Below, one piece after another: positions 1 through 10,482 of a stretch of 40,000 bases of DNA. The translations under genes were made by a program, and so were the position numbers. Positions within the stretch are counted from its first letter, which is position 1; every line of letters starts with the position of its first letter. Under the pieces are notes generated by a model. The model was not told the DNA's origin, did no database searches, and saw only the letters and a program-made list of their open reading frames with translations. Origin of the DNA: Marinisporobacter sp. (GTDB lineage: Bacteria > Bacillota > Clostridia > Peptostreptococcales > Thermotaleaceae). The DNA lies in assembly GCA_025210395.1 (NCBI GenBank), contig JAOARV010000031.1, forward strand, positions 66,646 to 106,645. Direction: 5' to 3'.

Positions 1-1177
1 GTTCTGAAGATGCGGCTACTTGTTCAGAGGTACCTCCTATATTTCTAATTATTTTTTTAATATCATTTTTCATTGTATCTAAAGCACCAGACATATCTCC
101 AAATTCATCTGTTTTATTCAGTAGTTCTGTAGGTATTTCTTTTGTAAAATCTCCTGTAGCAAAAATATTTAAAAGTTCTTTCATCTTTCGAATCGTTTTC
201 AAAATATGGTTAGATATATTATATAAAAATAATGTAAGCATTGAAAAAGTGATTATTCCTGCTAAAGCAATCATTTTAATGTTCTTATTTATCGCAGCAT
301 ATACACTATCCATAGGTAATCCAATATTTAAAGAACTCTTATATTCTTCACCTATTACAATAGGGATCATTACATTGTAAACGTTTACATTTTCTCCTGG
401 ATAAAAATATTCTAAAGCATATTCTTCTTTATTTTTTATAGCTTCTACCATATCTTTATTTTCAACCTTTACCCCTATTCTCTCTTGATTATTATGAGCA
501 ATAATATTTTGATCCCTATCTAAAACTGCTGCATAAACTACATTTTCTTCTTTTGCTAATCCTTCTACTAAGTTTTGATAACTAAATTCTTTTGTCAATT
601 TTTCAATTTCATCTGCTTTAATTCCTATCTGAACAAAATGTCCATCTGCACTTTTCAATGCTCCATATTTAACAAGAATACCAAACTCTGCGTCAGGTCT
701 AACGTCTTCCATTAATTCCTTCTCATTTCCTAATTTAAAATCATATAAGGGATGCCCTTCCTTTGGTATCCAACCTAAATAACCATCAGTCGTTGAATAA
801 ATAACTTCTCCTTGTGGATTAAACCAGTACAATTCACTTACTCCTAATTTTTTTAGCATATTTTTTAAATAATCACTACTTAAATAATTTCTATTTTCAA
901 TAACAACATTTCCTGCTACTCTGATTTTATTTTCAAGCATTTTATTAACCGTCTCTAAAGAAAGTGTATTGTCTTTTACCTGTACCACTACATTATTCGC
1001 AAGACCTAAACCATCTTGCTTCATCTGCTTTAATAAACTATCTCTAACAAACCAAGAAGAAATACAACCTATAGCTGTAATAGAAAAAAATATCATGATT
1101 AACGGAAATACTACGAGCTTTCTCTTTATGGATGTATTTTTTTTCTTATTTTCTCTCTTTTTCTCCTTCTTTTCCAT
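1..1177 (-). CDS. Methyl-accepting chemotaxis protein, N-terminal part (truncated by window edge)
   Basis: Open frame from ATG at 1177 running off the left edge, not in ORF track. N-terminal TM, periplasmic sensor region, second TM (MIALAGIITFSMLTLFLY), HAMP-like segment, then ...IIRNIGGTSEQVAASSE typical of MCPs. Confidence 0.85.
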   Translation of the reverse strand, partial: MEKKEKKRENKKKNTSIKRKLVVFPLIMIFFSITAIGCISSWFVRDSLLKQMKQDGLGLANNVVVQVKDNTLSLETVNKMLENKIRVAGNVVIENRNYLSSDYLKNMLKKLGVSELYWFNPQGEVIYSTTDGYLGWIPKEGHPLYDFKLGNEKELMEDVRPDAEFGILVKYGALKSADGHFVQIGIKADEIEKLTKEFSYQNLVEGLAKEENVVYAAVLDRDQNIIAHNNQERIGVKVENKDMVEAIKNKEEYALEYFYPGENVNVYNVMIPIVIGEEYKSSLNIGLPMDSVYAAINKNIKMIALAGIITFSMLTLFLYNISNHILKTIRKMKELLNIFATGDFTKEIPTELLNKTDEFGDMSGALDTMKNDIKKIIRNIGGTSEQVAASSE

Positions 1178-1511
1178 ATTTTATTCCTCCTCTCAAAATA
1201 TAGCTACCTTGTTCTCCTTTCCTTTTAGACTTATATAAATATTTAAATATAACAAGAAATTTAGATTCATCACTCTTAAAAAACAATTTATGATGAATTC
1301 TTCGAGTGCCTTAGCAATAATATATGATCTTTTATTTTTAATAATAGATTTTTTATCATTTATTATAATTTTATCCATTATTGTTAAATTTTTTTCAATT
1401 ATGCATATATTCTACACTATTCATCATTTTTCCTTTTTATTTTCCATTTCAACTTACAACGCCCTATTATTCTTTATTTGTATCATTTTCTATAACACCT
1501 ATATTTTGCAC

Positions 1512-1543
1512 AAAAAAAAGTCGTACCCGCTACGACTTTTTTT
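1512..1543. terminator. Intrinsic terminator-like hairpin
   Basis: AAAAAGTCGTA-cccgc-TACGACTTTTTTT perfect stem with T-run on either strand. Confidence 0.75.
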
Positions 1544-1736
1544 ATATTTCTTTTCTCTCTACAATTTTCTTTACTCTCTTTTCAAGCTTTACCCTTGGAA
1601 TCCATACCTGTTTATCACAACCAAGACATCTGATTCTAAAATCTATTCCTGTTCTCATAATTTCAAATTGATCATTTCCACAAGGATGACTCTTTTTTAC
1701 TTTTATAATATCTCCTAATTTTAAATCCATGGGCAT
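1542..1736 (-). CDS. DUF951 family protein
   Basis: 64 aa, MDLKLGDIIKVKKSHPCGNDQFEIMRTGIDFRIRCLGCDKQVWIPR matches the DUF951 signature. Confidence 0.85.
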   Translation of the reverse strand: MPMDLKLGDIIKVKKSHPCGNDQFEIMRTGIDFRIRCLGCDKQVWIPRVKLEKRVKKIVERKEI

Positions 1737-1804
1737 AAATCATACACTCCTTTCCTATATAATTGCCCGAAACCAACTGTTTCGGGCAATCTCCATAAAA
1801 TATT

Positions 1805-2680
1805 TTAACTTTTTTCGTCTCTTATGACAACTCTTCTTGGATAAGGGATTTCTATTCCTTCTTCATCAAATCTTTCTTTGATTTTTTTCCTTAATTCTCT
1901 TTCTACTGCCCACTGCTCTAGAGGAACTGTTTTGGCAATAACAGATAATACCACATCCGATTCCCCTAAATTGGTAACCCCTAAAACAGTAGGTCCTTCC
2001 ATGATTTTTTCATTTTCTTTTGCCAATTCTTCACATAATTCCTTTAAGACCTGCATAGCATTGTCTATATTTTCTTCATAAGCAATTCCTACATCTACCC
2101 AAGCTCTCATATTTCCTCTGCATTTATTGGTGACAATATCAATACTGCCATTGGGAATAATATGCAAATCCCCATTTAGATCTCGAATCGTAGTAACCCT
2201 TAGAGCCATATCTTCAATAATTCCCGATTTCGTACCAATCTCTACATGATCTCCTACTTGAAATTGATCCTCTAATAAGATAAAAAAACCTGAAATCATA
2301 TCTCGAACTAAATTCTGTGCTCCAAAACCAATTGCTAAACCCCCGATTCCAGCAGCTGCAATAAGAGAAGAGATATCAATTCCTACAGTTTGAAGAATAG
2401 GTGTAAAAGCAACAAAATAAATAGTATACCTAACAATACTATTGGTAATTCCTTTTATTGTATTGATTCTTTTCTCTTCTCCTCTGATTTTAAATTTTTC
2501 TCTATTATCAAAAAATTTATTGATCGCCATATTGGCTAAACGCACCGCTAAAACCATTGCTATAAATATTAAAATAATTTTAATGAAATCTCCTGTATAC
2601 ATACCTAATTGTTCTATATCCGTCCATAAATTAAATTTCCCCAAAATTTTTTTAAAAAACTTATTTAAAGAGACCTCCAA
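1805..2680 (-). CDS. Mechanosensitive ion channel family protein (MscS-like)
   Basis: 291 aa; GIGGLAIGFGAQNLVRDMISGFFILLEDQFQVGDHVEIG is the MscS TM3/beta-domain signature. Confidence 0.93.
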   Translation of the reverse strand: MEVSLNKFFKKILGKFNLWTDIEQLGMYTGDFIKIILIFIAMVLAVRLANMAINKFFDNREKFKIRGEEKRINTIKGITNSIVRYTIYFVAFTPILQTVGIDISSLIAAAGIGGLAIGFGAQNLVRDMISGFFILLEDQFQVGDHVEIGTKSGIIEDMALRVTTIRDLNGDLHIIPNGSIDIVTNKCRGNMRAWVDVGIAYEENIDNAMQVLKELCEELAKENEKIMEGPTVLGVTNLGESDVVLSVIAKTVPLEQWAVERELRKKIKERFDEEGIEIPYPRRVVIRDEKS

Positions 2681-2692
2681 CCACTCCTCCTC

Positions 2693-2953
2693 CTATACGA
2701 TCTTTTTCACAAATTTGTCCTTTCCTCTTTTTTTAATCTTATATATATCCATTTTTTCTTGATCTTCTTCTAAAGCCTTCATAATCTCTGAAAAGGCTGC
2801 TAATGAAAATTTTATGGAAAGACCACAACTTGCACTAATCTCCCTAGGGGTAGGAATTGTTTCTATAGAAAATTGTTCTTTTAACCTGTTCTCTGTTTGA
2901 ATAGCATGATGAGTAGATTCAAACGCTATTACGTAAAATTCTTTTTCTAACAT
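2693..2953 (-). CDS. DUF3343 domain protein
   Basis: 86 aa; YVIAFESTHHAIQTENRLKE...IPTPREISASCGLSIKF motif. Confidence 0.85.
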   Translation of the reverse strand: MLEKEFYVIAFESTHHAIQTENRLKEQFSIETIPTPREISASCGLSIKFSLAAFSEIMKALEEDQEKMDIYKIKKRGKDKFVKKIV

Positions 2954-2965
2954 AAAATTTCCTTT

Positions 2966-3553
2966 CTATAGTGTTACTCTATTTTTTGCACCATGAAATG
3001 CATCAACAATGGAATACATATTACTCACACTACCTACAGCTAGTTTTTCTTTCAAATGGAAATAATCAAGACAAGTTCCACAAACAAGAATTTCTACTCC
3101 TTCACTTTCTAATTCCTTTAGATAATCTAAAACTTCCGATCCTTCTACGGTTAATCTTACACCACTATTCATAAATAATAAAGTTTTAGGATATGGAGTA
3201 TATTCTGTCAATGTATAGATATATCCTTTCATCAATATTTTTCCTAATTCTTCTGAGTCTTCTCCTAAAGTATCCTTGCCAAATAAAATGACTAGATCTC
3301 TATCCTCTTCACTTTGAACACTAATAATTTCTACGCCTTCTCCTCTATGGATATGAACATAATAATCTCCCTCTTCTTCTCTTGTATCCACATTGTAGTT
3401 TAGGCTCTTTGCAAGCTTTGATACATTTTGCATAGCCACTTCATTATCTACAATAGTAATGATACTACCTTCCTTTAATCCATCTAAAGCTTTCTTTGTC
3501 TCTATTACTGGTTTTGGACAGCTCATTCCTCTTGCATCTACTTGTTGATCCAT
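2966..3553 (-). CDS. yedF: Sulfurtransferase-like selenium metabolism protein (YedF type)
   Basis: 195 aa; N-terminal VDARGMSCPKPVIETKKAL (TusA/SirA-like), C-terminal DsrE-like region. Confidence 0.88.
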   Translation of the reverse strand: MDQQVDARGMSCPKPVIETKKALDGLKEGSIITIVDNEVAMQNVSKLAKSLNYNVDTREEEGDYYVHIHRGEGVEIISVQSEEDRDLVILFGKDTLGEDSEELGKILMKGYIYTLTEYTPYPKTLLFMNSGVRLTVEGSEVLDYLKELESEGVEILVCGTCLDYFHLKEKLAVGSVSNMYSIVDAFHGAKNRVTL

Positions 3554-3679
3554 TATTATTTCCCCCTAACGTTCTATTTCTTTTATATTTTAATTTCTTC
3601 TAATTTTATTATAAGCTATATTTGGAATACACACCCTATAAATTTTTTCTATAACTAGAAAGATTTTTATAAAAAAACT

Positions 3680-4390
3680 CTATCCATTTATGACTCCTTG
3701 AAGCATTCCAACAATAGGATTATTGTAATACAAAGCTTTTGCTACAATAGACTTTTCCAGTCCTTCTACTAAAATGCCTGAATGACTCATTGCTGTAAAA
3801 GGTGTGATTACAACAAGAAAAATAAGAACGATCAATAATCCTTTCAAAAATCCAAAAATGACTCCTCCAAGACAATTAAATTGCTTCAGTACTGGTAATG
3901 TAGCTATCCCATCTAGTATATGCCCTACAATAAACAATAAAATTCTTATGACTAAAAAAATAATGACCATACTTATAAAATCTATAAACATGCGTGCAAG
4001 AATATCTGATAGATAAGTATACACGCCCGCCATAGCTTGATTACTATATTCTCTCATCATTTCACTTTTCATAAAAAGATTTTCTATCCCTTTTGGAAGC
4101 TTCAATATTTCAAAAATATTTGTATTTCCTGTCATCGTTGAAACTGCCACACTATTATCATAAGTTACTTGAACTCTTCGCCCTATTACTTCTTCTACCT
4201 TAGATAAAATAGTAGAATTCTCCATTATATATTCTGAAAGCTTTGGATAGCATATTTTTGCTACAATCCCTGCAACAATCAAGCTACTCATTTTAAAAAA
4301 GGATAAAATCAATCCATTTTTCCATCCCTTGATTACATTAATGGCAAATATAACAAGAATCAAAACATCCATCCAACTCATATAACACAC
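3680..4390 (-). CDS. CvpA family membrane protein
   Basis: 236 aa; MDVLILVIFAINVIKGWKNGLILSFF start and four hydrophobic segments. Confidence 0.8.
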   Translation of the reverse strand: MCYMSWMDVLILVIFAINVIKGWKNGLILSFFKMSSLIVAGIVAKICYPKLSEYIMENSTILSKVEEVIGRRVQVTYDNSVAVSTMTGNTNIFEILKLPKGIENLFMKSEMMREYSNQAMAGVYTYLSDILARMFIDFISMVIIFLVIRILLFIVGHILDGIATLPVLKQFNCLGGVIFGFLKGLLIVLIFLVVITPFTAMSHSGILVEGLEKSIVAKALYYNNPIVGMLQGVING

Positions 4391-4392
4391 CC

Positions 4393-5529
4393 CTACTGCT
4401 CTTTATATTTTATCTGCATGATCTCTATTTTATCTTTTAAGACCAATGATAATTGATCCTCTGAGATAATATATACAGCTTGTATATCATTATTTATTTT
4501 CTTCTCCATAACTTCTTTCCCTTTTTTCGAAATGATATATAAAGTTCGATCTGTAAAAGCAATGATATGATCCCCTTTAGTAGTAATCCCTCTTATTTCT
4601 CCTTGAATAGGAATAGGATCTACTTCTGTCTTTTCCATATCCACAATAGATATATAATTTCTATTTTTCGTATCCAATATAGATTTTTTATTATCTACAA
4701 GATGCATGATCAGAAAGCCTTGTTCATTCCAAGCAATTCGATGCATAGCATCAGCTAATTTCTTCTCCCAAACAACTCGATCTTCTTTACTAAAAACCAT
4801 CAACTGGCTATCTCCCACATTCATGAGTCTCTGATCTTGACTAAAAAACAAATTGCTTACGATTTGCTCCTCTTGATCATACTTATGCCCTCCAAGGAGT
4901 TTTCCTCCAGAAGAGTAAAGTGCTACATTTGTTTCTATTTTGTTCTTATCTACATTCATAACAGATACAGCAATCATTCCATTCTCTGCTATAGCAATCC
5001 CCATAATATTTCCATTATTCACAATAACCTTTCCTGTTTCTTTTCCTTCTTTATTGAGTATATGTATACTCCTTTTATCTTTTTCCTCACTATAAAGTAC
5101 AATCCTTCCTTCTTTATTGCATACTAAATCCCTTATAGGCTTTTCTAAGGATAAATCCCATAAAATATTTCCTTGAATATTTATAGCCGTAATCGTCCCT
5201 ACTTCTCTATCCACTAGATAAATTAAATTCTCACTTGTTTTTACGAGAGGACTTTTTACATCCTTTTCTAAACTCCATTTCTCAATTCCTTCTAAATTAA
5301 AGACCTTTAATTTATTTTTATTATAGACAATCATCTCCTTTTTAAAAGGCTGAACAATCAAATCTTTATCTTTCTCATATTGAATAGTTGCCATTTTTTG
5401 AAAATCTAACACATGATCTCCAAAGAAATTTTGAACCAATTCTACGACCTTCATTCCTCCTACAACCATAAGACACATAAAAATCAAAACAAATATCTTA
5501 AACCGTAGGGGTCTTCTTTTTCTTGCCAT
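4393..5529 (-). CDS. DUF5711-like / beta-propeller-type membrane-anchored protein
   Basis: 378 aa, one N-terminal TM then repeated blade-like segments (ENLIYLVDREVGTITAINIQGNILWDLSL). Confidence 0.6.
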   Translation of the reverse strand: MARKRRPLRFKIFVLIFMCLMVVGGMKVVELVQNFFGDHVLDFQKMATIQYEKDKDLIVQPFKKEMIVYNKNKLKVFNLEGIEKWSLEKDVKSPLVKTSENLIYLVDREVGTITAINIQGNILWDLSLEKPIRDLVCNKEGRIVLYSEEKDKRSIHILNKEGKETGKVIVNNGNIMGIAIAENGMIAVSVMNVDKNKIETNVALYSSGGKLLGGHKYDQEEQIVSNLFFSQDQRLMNVGDSQLMVFSKEDRVVWEKKLADAMHRIAWNEQGFLIMHLVDNKKSILDTKNRNYISIVDMEKTEVDPIPIQGEIRGITTKGDHIIAFTDRTLYIISKKGKEVMEKKINNDIQAVYIISEDQLSLVLKDKIEIMQIKYKEQ

Positions 5530-5629
5530 TTATATTCCTCCTGCGTAAAAATACCCATTCCTCAATTTAATATTTCCATACTTTACTTTTCTATATTCTC
5601 TTAAACTTCTTCAAATCCTCTAATAATCC

Positions 5630-6667
5630 TTACTTCTTTCTTTTCTTAAATAACAATAAAAATATTAGTAAAACCCCCATATATCCAAACATTGGATAAA
5701 GGGTATGCACAAGCCTTTTAAATCCAAATTGAGCCAAAGGAATGGTTACAAGCAAAAACAACACACAAGCATATAAATGCTTGATCTTTAATCTTTTTTC
5801 CATGCTTTGTATAAAAACGAAACCATTGGCAATAGCTGTTGTAAGCATAGCAAACCATAATAAAACACCATAAATATTCCCCATATCTTCTCCAATAGTT
5901 GATGCAATAGCCATCATGGGAATTTCAACAGCTTGAATATCCTTATAAAATATTGAGGTTGACCAAAATAAAAAAAACAACATAACACCTAACAAAGCTC
6001 CTCCAAATCCTCCACCCATAACCGCATCCTTTTTACTTCTTAATAGAGGATATAAAGAGCTTAGAACCATGACTGCACATATACTATTATAACTCACATA
6101 AAGAATACAAGAAGTGATCCAGTGATCTCCCATTGTATAAACATTCCCATCCATATTATAAGTAAGAGGGTTATTTTGTGGAATGACAAAAACACCAACA
6201 GCTACAATGCCCACAATTAACAAAGGCACTATGATACTATTTACAATGCTCAGCCCCTTCATACTAAATATAAAAGTAATGAAAGCAAACCCACTCATCA
6301 AAATAATCCCTATTTCTTTTCCATATCCAAACTGCTGTTCAAATAAAGCTCCACTTCCAGCTAACATCACACAATAAAATGAAAGTAATAAAAAAGCTAA
6401 AAAAAACTCTATTACTTTTCCTAGATAAGGACCAAAAAATAAAAGCATCCAATCATGATAAGAACTAATTTTATATTCATGCACCTTTAATAAAATAATA
6501 CTTCCTATTACGCCAAATAACACAGCTGTCACAATCACCCCATAGAGTCCCTTTATTCCATACCTTGTAAAAAAACGCATCGTTTCTTGCCCAGAAGCAA
6601 ATCCCGCACCAATAAGTGTTCCTATATAAATGCTAGCAACCTTAAAAGCATTCTTTTTTGCCATCAT
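5630..6667 (-). CDS. YkvI family membrane protein
   Basis: 345 aa, about 10 TM; FKVASIYIGTLIGAGFASGQETMRFFTRYG is characteristic of the YkvI family. Confidence 0.82.
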   Translation of the reverse strand: MMAKKNAFKVASIYIGTLIGAGFASGQETMRFFTRYGIKGLYGVIVTAVLFGVIGSIILLKVHEYKISSYHDWMLLFFGPYLGKVIEFFLAFLLLSFYCVMLAGSGALFEQQFGYGKEIGIILMSGFAFITFIFSMKGLSIVNSIIVPLLIVGIVAVGVFVIPQNNPLTYNMDGNVYTMGDHWITSCILYVSYNSICAVMVLSSLYPLLRSKKDAVMGGGFGGALLGVMLFFLFWSTSIFYKDIQAVEIPMMAIASTIGEDMGNIYGVLLWFAMLTTAIANGFVFIQSMEKRLKIKHLYACVLFLLVTIPLAQFGFKRLVHTLYPMFGYMGVLLIFLLLFKKRKK

Positions 6668-6986
6668 ATCCCTCCTTTATGCTAATACATTTTATGTTCA
6701 CAAAAAGTTGTCTCATGATATATGAATGAGTTAGTTAATTATTTAACACCAAAATAGATATAAATTGTAAATAATTCGTTATTGATCAATCTATTCTTTT
6801 TTTACGACACAAACTGAATTTTTTAGACAATTCTCTGTATTATCAATAGTCTATACGTTTTATATCTTTTATTATTTTTTTAACAAAGTGGTTTATTTTT
6901 GAAAAAAAGTATGGTATGATAATGGTATACAAAGTTAATTTTTTAACAAATAGTTTGAAAATATTTAAGGAAAGAAGATGATATAG

Positions 6987-7097
6987 ATGTTGTTAAAATT
7001 AATCACCATGACAGCAGTTGTATTATTTGTAAGATACGTATCTACAATAAACAAAATGGAAAGAGCAAGACAACATAAAAAAAGACTTCATTATTAA
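6987..7097 (+). CDS. Small single-TM peptide (36 aa), unknown function
   Basis: MLLKLITMTAVVLFVRYVSTINKMERARQHKKRLHY*, preceded by GGAAAGAAG and followed by a terminator. Not in ORF track. Confidence 0.45.
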   Translation: MLLKLITMTAVVLFVRYVSTINKMERARQHKKRLHY

Positions 7098-7103
7098 AAG
7101 ATG

Positions 7104-7136
7104 AACGCTTCTGATTTTTTTCAAAAGCGTTTTTTT
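7104..7136 (+). terminator. Intrinsic terminator
   Basis: AACGCTT...AAGCGTTTTTTT immediately after the 36-aa ORF and between convergent genes. Confidence 0.75.
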
Positions 7137-7143
7137 GTTATTT

Positions 7144-8097
7144 TCAAGAACGTAACCAAATTATATAAACCATATACACTATATAAGATAAAAACAAAAT
7201 ACTTCCTTCCATCCTAGTAATTTGATGATGGGTTTTAGAAAAAATAAATAATATACTCGTATAACCAATCATAAACAACACATCTACAAACAATTTTTCT
7301 TCTACAGAGATCGGTGAAACAATAGAAGAAGTCCCTAATACAAATAATATATTAAAAATATTACTTCCAACAATATTTCCTACAGCAAGATCACTATGCT
7401 TTTTAGCTGCTGCTGTAATACATGTAATCATTTCAGGAAGAGATGTTCCGATGGCTGCAATGGTCAATCCTACCAAGGTTTCACTGATGCCAAAATCAGT
7501 AGCAATTTTTGTACTACTCCTTACTACAAGTTCTCCTCCTACTAAAATAGCTACAAACCCTCCTAGTGTGAAAAAAAGCTTTTTTCCCATACTTATATTT
7601 ACAGCATCTTCTTCAATATTTTTTTCTCTATTATTTCTTGCTACTTCAAAAAGATAATACATAAATATAATAAAAAAAGATAATAATACCAATCCATCGC
7701 CTCTTGTTAACTGATTTTTATAAAATCCTTGTAGCTTTATATCCATCATTAAAAGTAATAATAAAATACTTGATAAAAAAGTAAATGGAATTTCTTTTCT
7801 TACGGTCTCTCTCTCCACCTTTAAAGGATTTACAATAGCTGTAATCCCTACAACAACAGATATATTAAAAAGATTGCTCCCAATAGCATTTCCTAAAGCA
7901 ATCCCCCCCATTCCTTTCATTGCTGCACGAATACTCACAGCTGCTTCAGGAGAGCTTGTACCAAAAGCAACGATCGTAAGCCCTATCAGCATTGGAGAGA
8001 TCTTTAGAAGCTTAGCAATATAAACTGCTCCTTCAACAAAATAGTCTGCTCCTTTAATCAGCAAGATAAAACCTATCACCAAAAGGATATATATCAT
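7144..8097 (-). CDS. Calcium/sodium antiporter (YrbG/CaCA family)
   Basis: 317 aa; duplicated alpha-repeats IVAFGTSSPEAAVSIRAAMKG...GNAIGSNLFNI and IAAIGTSLPEMITCITAA...GNIVGSNIFNI. Confidence 0.93.
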   Translation of the reverse strand: MIYILLVIGFILLIKGADYFVEGAVYIAKLLKISPMLIGLTIVAFGTSSPEAAVSIRAAMKGMGGIALGNAIGSNLFNISVVVGITAIVNPLKVERETVRKEIPFTFLSSILLLLLMMDIKLQGFYKNQLTRGDGLVLLSFFIIFMYYLFEVARNNREKNIEEDAVNISMGKKLFFTLGGFVAILVGGELVVRSSTKIATDFGISETLVGLTIAAIGTSLPEMITCITAAAKKHSDLAVGNIVGSNIFNILFVLGTSSIVSPISVEEKLFVDVLFMIGYTSILFIFSKTHHQITRMEGSILFLSYIVYMVYIIWLRS

Positions 8098-8214
8098 ATT
8101 TTTCCTCCTACGAACATAGTTTATATAGATTGCCTATCTTTATCTTTTGTTGTACAATTTTAATGTATTCATTTGTTTTAAAAATTTTAGGTCAATCTAA
8201 AGGGAGAGAAATTT

Positions 8215-9153
8215 ATGATCAAAAACAATACTCACAAAGGATATGTGGCTGGTTTATTATCGGCTATTTTTTTTGGTTGCTCTGGCTTATTCGTCAAAAA
8301 TGCACAAAATAGTGGCTTAGATTCTATAAGTATCTTAGTCCTTCAATATATTATTATGCTTCCAACTCTATGGAGTATATCATTTTTAAAATATAGAAAT
8401 TATATAAAAATAGATAAAAAGGATCTTTTAAAGCTCTTTTTAATAGGTATGTTTCTTCAAAGCTCTGTAAGCCGATGCTATTATGAATCCTTTAAATATT
8501 TGGATATATCTATTGCAACTATTTTATTGTTTACATATCCTATTATTGTTACCATCCTTTCACCTATTTTAGGAAAATCAAAATTAAATAAAATCATCAT
8601 ATTATCTGTAGCGATTGCTTTTATTGGATGTATTCTTATTTTAGATTTATTTCATACAGATGCATCTTTTCCATTAAAAGGCGTCTTATTAGGTCTTGGG
8701 GGGGCTTTATTTCTTGCCCTTGCCAATATGTGTCTTGAAACCTTTGAAAGTAGAATTCCACCCTTTGTTTTATTAAGCTATACATCCACAGCTATATTCT
8801 TCAATTTTTTGATTTTTAGCTTTCCATCTAACCTGTTACATGAAAGCATTAGTAGCTCTCAATGGATCAATATCGCATTACTTGCTCTTATATGCCAGAT
8901 TCCACCAAGTAGCCTGATGCTCACAGCCATTCAATATATTGGTGCTGTCAAAACAGCTATCATTGGAAATGCTGAAATTCCTGCTGCTGCAATTCTTGGA
9001 TATATCTTTTATGGAGAAACACTAAACCTTTTACAAATTGTAGGTATTTTCTTCGTTATCGGAGGAATTATATTGATGCAAAATAGTGAATATATCCAAA
9101 ATAAATTAACAGCAAACACCCTTAAACCTAGTCATCAAAAACATTCAACCTAA
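8215..9153 (+). CDS. DMT superfamily (EamA) transporter
   Basis: 312 aa, 10 TM; paired EamA domains, ends ...FFVIGGIILMQNSEYIQ. Confidence 0.88.
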   Translation: MIKNNTHKGYVAGLLSAIFFGCSGLFVKNAQNSGLDSISILVLQYIIMLPTLWSISFLKYRNYIKIDKKDLLKLFLIGMFLQSSVSRCYYESFKYLDISIATILLFTYPIIVTILSPILGKSKLNKIIILSVAIAFIGCILILDLFHTDASFPLKGVLLGLGGALFLALANMCLETFESRIPPFVLLSYTSTAIFFNFLIFSFPSNLLHESISSSQWINIALLALICQIPPSSLMLTAIQYIGAVKTAIIGNAEIPAAAILGYIFYGETLNLLQIVGIFFVIGGIILMQNSEYIQNKLTANTLKPSHQKHST

Positions 9154-9173
9154 TCTAATCAGATTAGGTTTTT
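9147..9173 (+). terminator. Intrinsic terminator
   Basis: AACCTAATCT-aatc-AGATTAGGTTTTT perfect 10-bp stem. Confidence 0.85.
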
Positions 9174-9262
9174 CTAATATTTTTAATTTGTTTATTTACT
9201 TGTAAATAAGTGTATATATATGATATATTTAGAAAAATATATTTTATGAAGGAGGATATTGG

Positions 9263-9499
9263 ATGAAAGCAAAATTTTCCAAAATTCAAGATGTAAACAA
9301 GTTTGTAAATTTCGTTTCTACATTAAAAGGAAAGGTTTATTTAAAGTCTGGAGAGATTAAAGTAAACGCAAAATCTATTATTGGAGCCATGTATATTTTA
9401 CAAGAGCATCCTGATAATATTATTGTAGAGGTTGAAGATATAAAAGAACAAAAGCTCGTTTTAAATTTCTTAATGCAAGGAGCTCATTTAGGCGAATAG
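9263..9499 (+). CDS. HPr-family phosphocarrier-like protein
   Basis: 78 aa; FVNFVSTLKGKVYLKSGEIKVNAKSIIGAMYI; HPr-like fold pattern but the active-site His region is not canonical. Confidence 0.7.
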   Translation: MKAKFSKIQDVNKFVNFVSTLKGKVYLKSGEIKVNAKSIIGAMYILQEHPDNIIVEVEDIKEQKLVLNFLMQGAHLGE

Positions 9500-9521
9500 T
9501 ATATGGTTTTTCTTATATTAT

Positions 9522-9555
9522 AAAAATCTCTTTAGCTTTTGCTAAAGAGATTTTT
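9522..9555. terminator. Intrinsic terminator
   Basis: AAAAATCTCTTTAGC-tttt-GCTAAAGAGATTTTT. Confidence 0.85.
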
Positions 9556-9697
9556 ATAATATATATGTATTCATCAATCTTATGCTTTAATGAATACAAA
9601 ACAAGATCCTATCTTTTGAAAAAATGTGATTTATTTTCTTTTTCTATAATTTCTCATTTTATGGTATGATATAAAGGATGAAAGGAAGTGGATTTAA

Positions 9698-10414
9698 ATG
9701 TTTCGAACAATATATATCATTTTCTATTTTATTATGGATCAAATATTATTAATACCTCAAGCATGGAAGGTTGAAAAACTAGAAAAGCAAGGAAAAATAA
9801 AAGAAATGCAGGATCTATTGCATACTATTTCACATACATGGGGTAAACGCCTTGTCCATGCAAGTGGCTCAAAAGTAAATATATCAGGACTTGAAAATGT
9901 ACCAGAAGGACCTGTTGTATTCATTAGCAACCATCAAGGCAATTTTGATATTCCTATACTATTAGGCTTTATAGATAAACCGAAGGCATTTATAGCAAAA
10001 ATAGAGCTTTCAAAAATCCCTGTATTTAGTAAATGGATCAAAAAAATAAGATGTATTTTTATCGATAGAAATGATCCTAGACAATCCCTAAGAGCTATTA
10101 ATGATGGGGTAAAAACTTTAAAAGAAGGTCATTCTATGATCATCTTCCCTGAAGGTACTAGAAGCAAAGGTCCTAAAATATCAGAATTTAAAAAAGGAAG
10201 CTTACGCCTTGCTACAAAAGCAAAGGTTCCTATTGTTCCGATCACCATTGATGGTACTTACAAAATCATGGAAGCTAACGGAAAGTTAAACATCAAACCA
10301 GCAGAGGTGAAACTAACTATTTCTGACCCTATTTATACAGATCACCTTACGAAGGAAGAAGAAAGTGGTTTGAGTGATCGCGTTTATGAGATTATCAAAA
10401 GTCATTTAAGCTAA
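9698..10414 (+). CDS. plsC: 1-acyl-sn-glycerol-3-phosphate acyltransferase (PlsC-like)
   Basis: 238 aa; FISNHQGNFDIP (NHxxxxD-like) and FPEGTRS motifs. Confidence 0.93.
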   Translation: MFRTIYIIFYFIMDQILLIPQAWKVEKLEKQGKIKEMQDLLHTISHTWGKRLVHASGSKVNISGLENVPEGPVVFISNHQGNFDIPILLGFIDKPKAFIAKIELSKIPVFSKWIKKIRCIFIDRNDPRQSLRAINDGVKTLKEGHSMIIFPEGTRSKGPKISEFKKGSLRLATKAKVPIVPITIDGTYKIMEANGKLNIKPAEVKLTISDPIYTDHLTKEEESGLSDRVYEIIKSHLS

Positions 10415-10453
10415 TCAAAACAAGCTAGACAATAAATGCTTTTACAAAAAAAT

Positions 10454-10482
10454 TTAGGCTAGGGATAACCCCTAGCCTATTT
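10454..10482. terminator. Terminator-like hairpin between plsC and the tailocin cluster
   Basis: TTTAGGCTAGGG...CCCTAGCCTA inverted repeat in a convergent intergenic gap. Confidence 0.6.

Noticed and set aside
969-1718. Track ORFs 969..1238 (+), 1193..1378 (-), 1290..1718 (+), 1381..1671 (+)
   Set aside because: Low-complexity Phe/Ile/Tyr/Ser-rich translations of AT-rich spacer, no SD, overlapping DUF951 or MCP antisense.
9147-9173. Inverted repeat as a transposon end or attachment site
   Set aside because: Perfect short stem plus T-run right after the EamA gene stop is explained by an intrinsic terminator.
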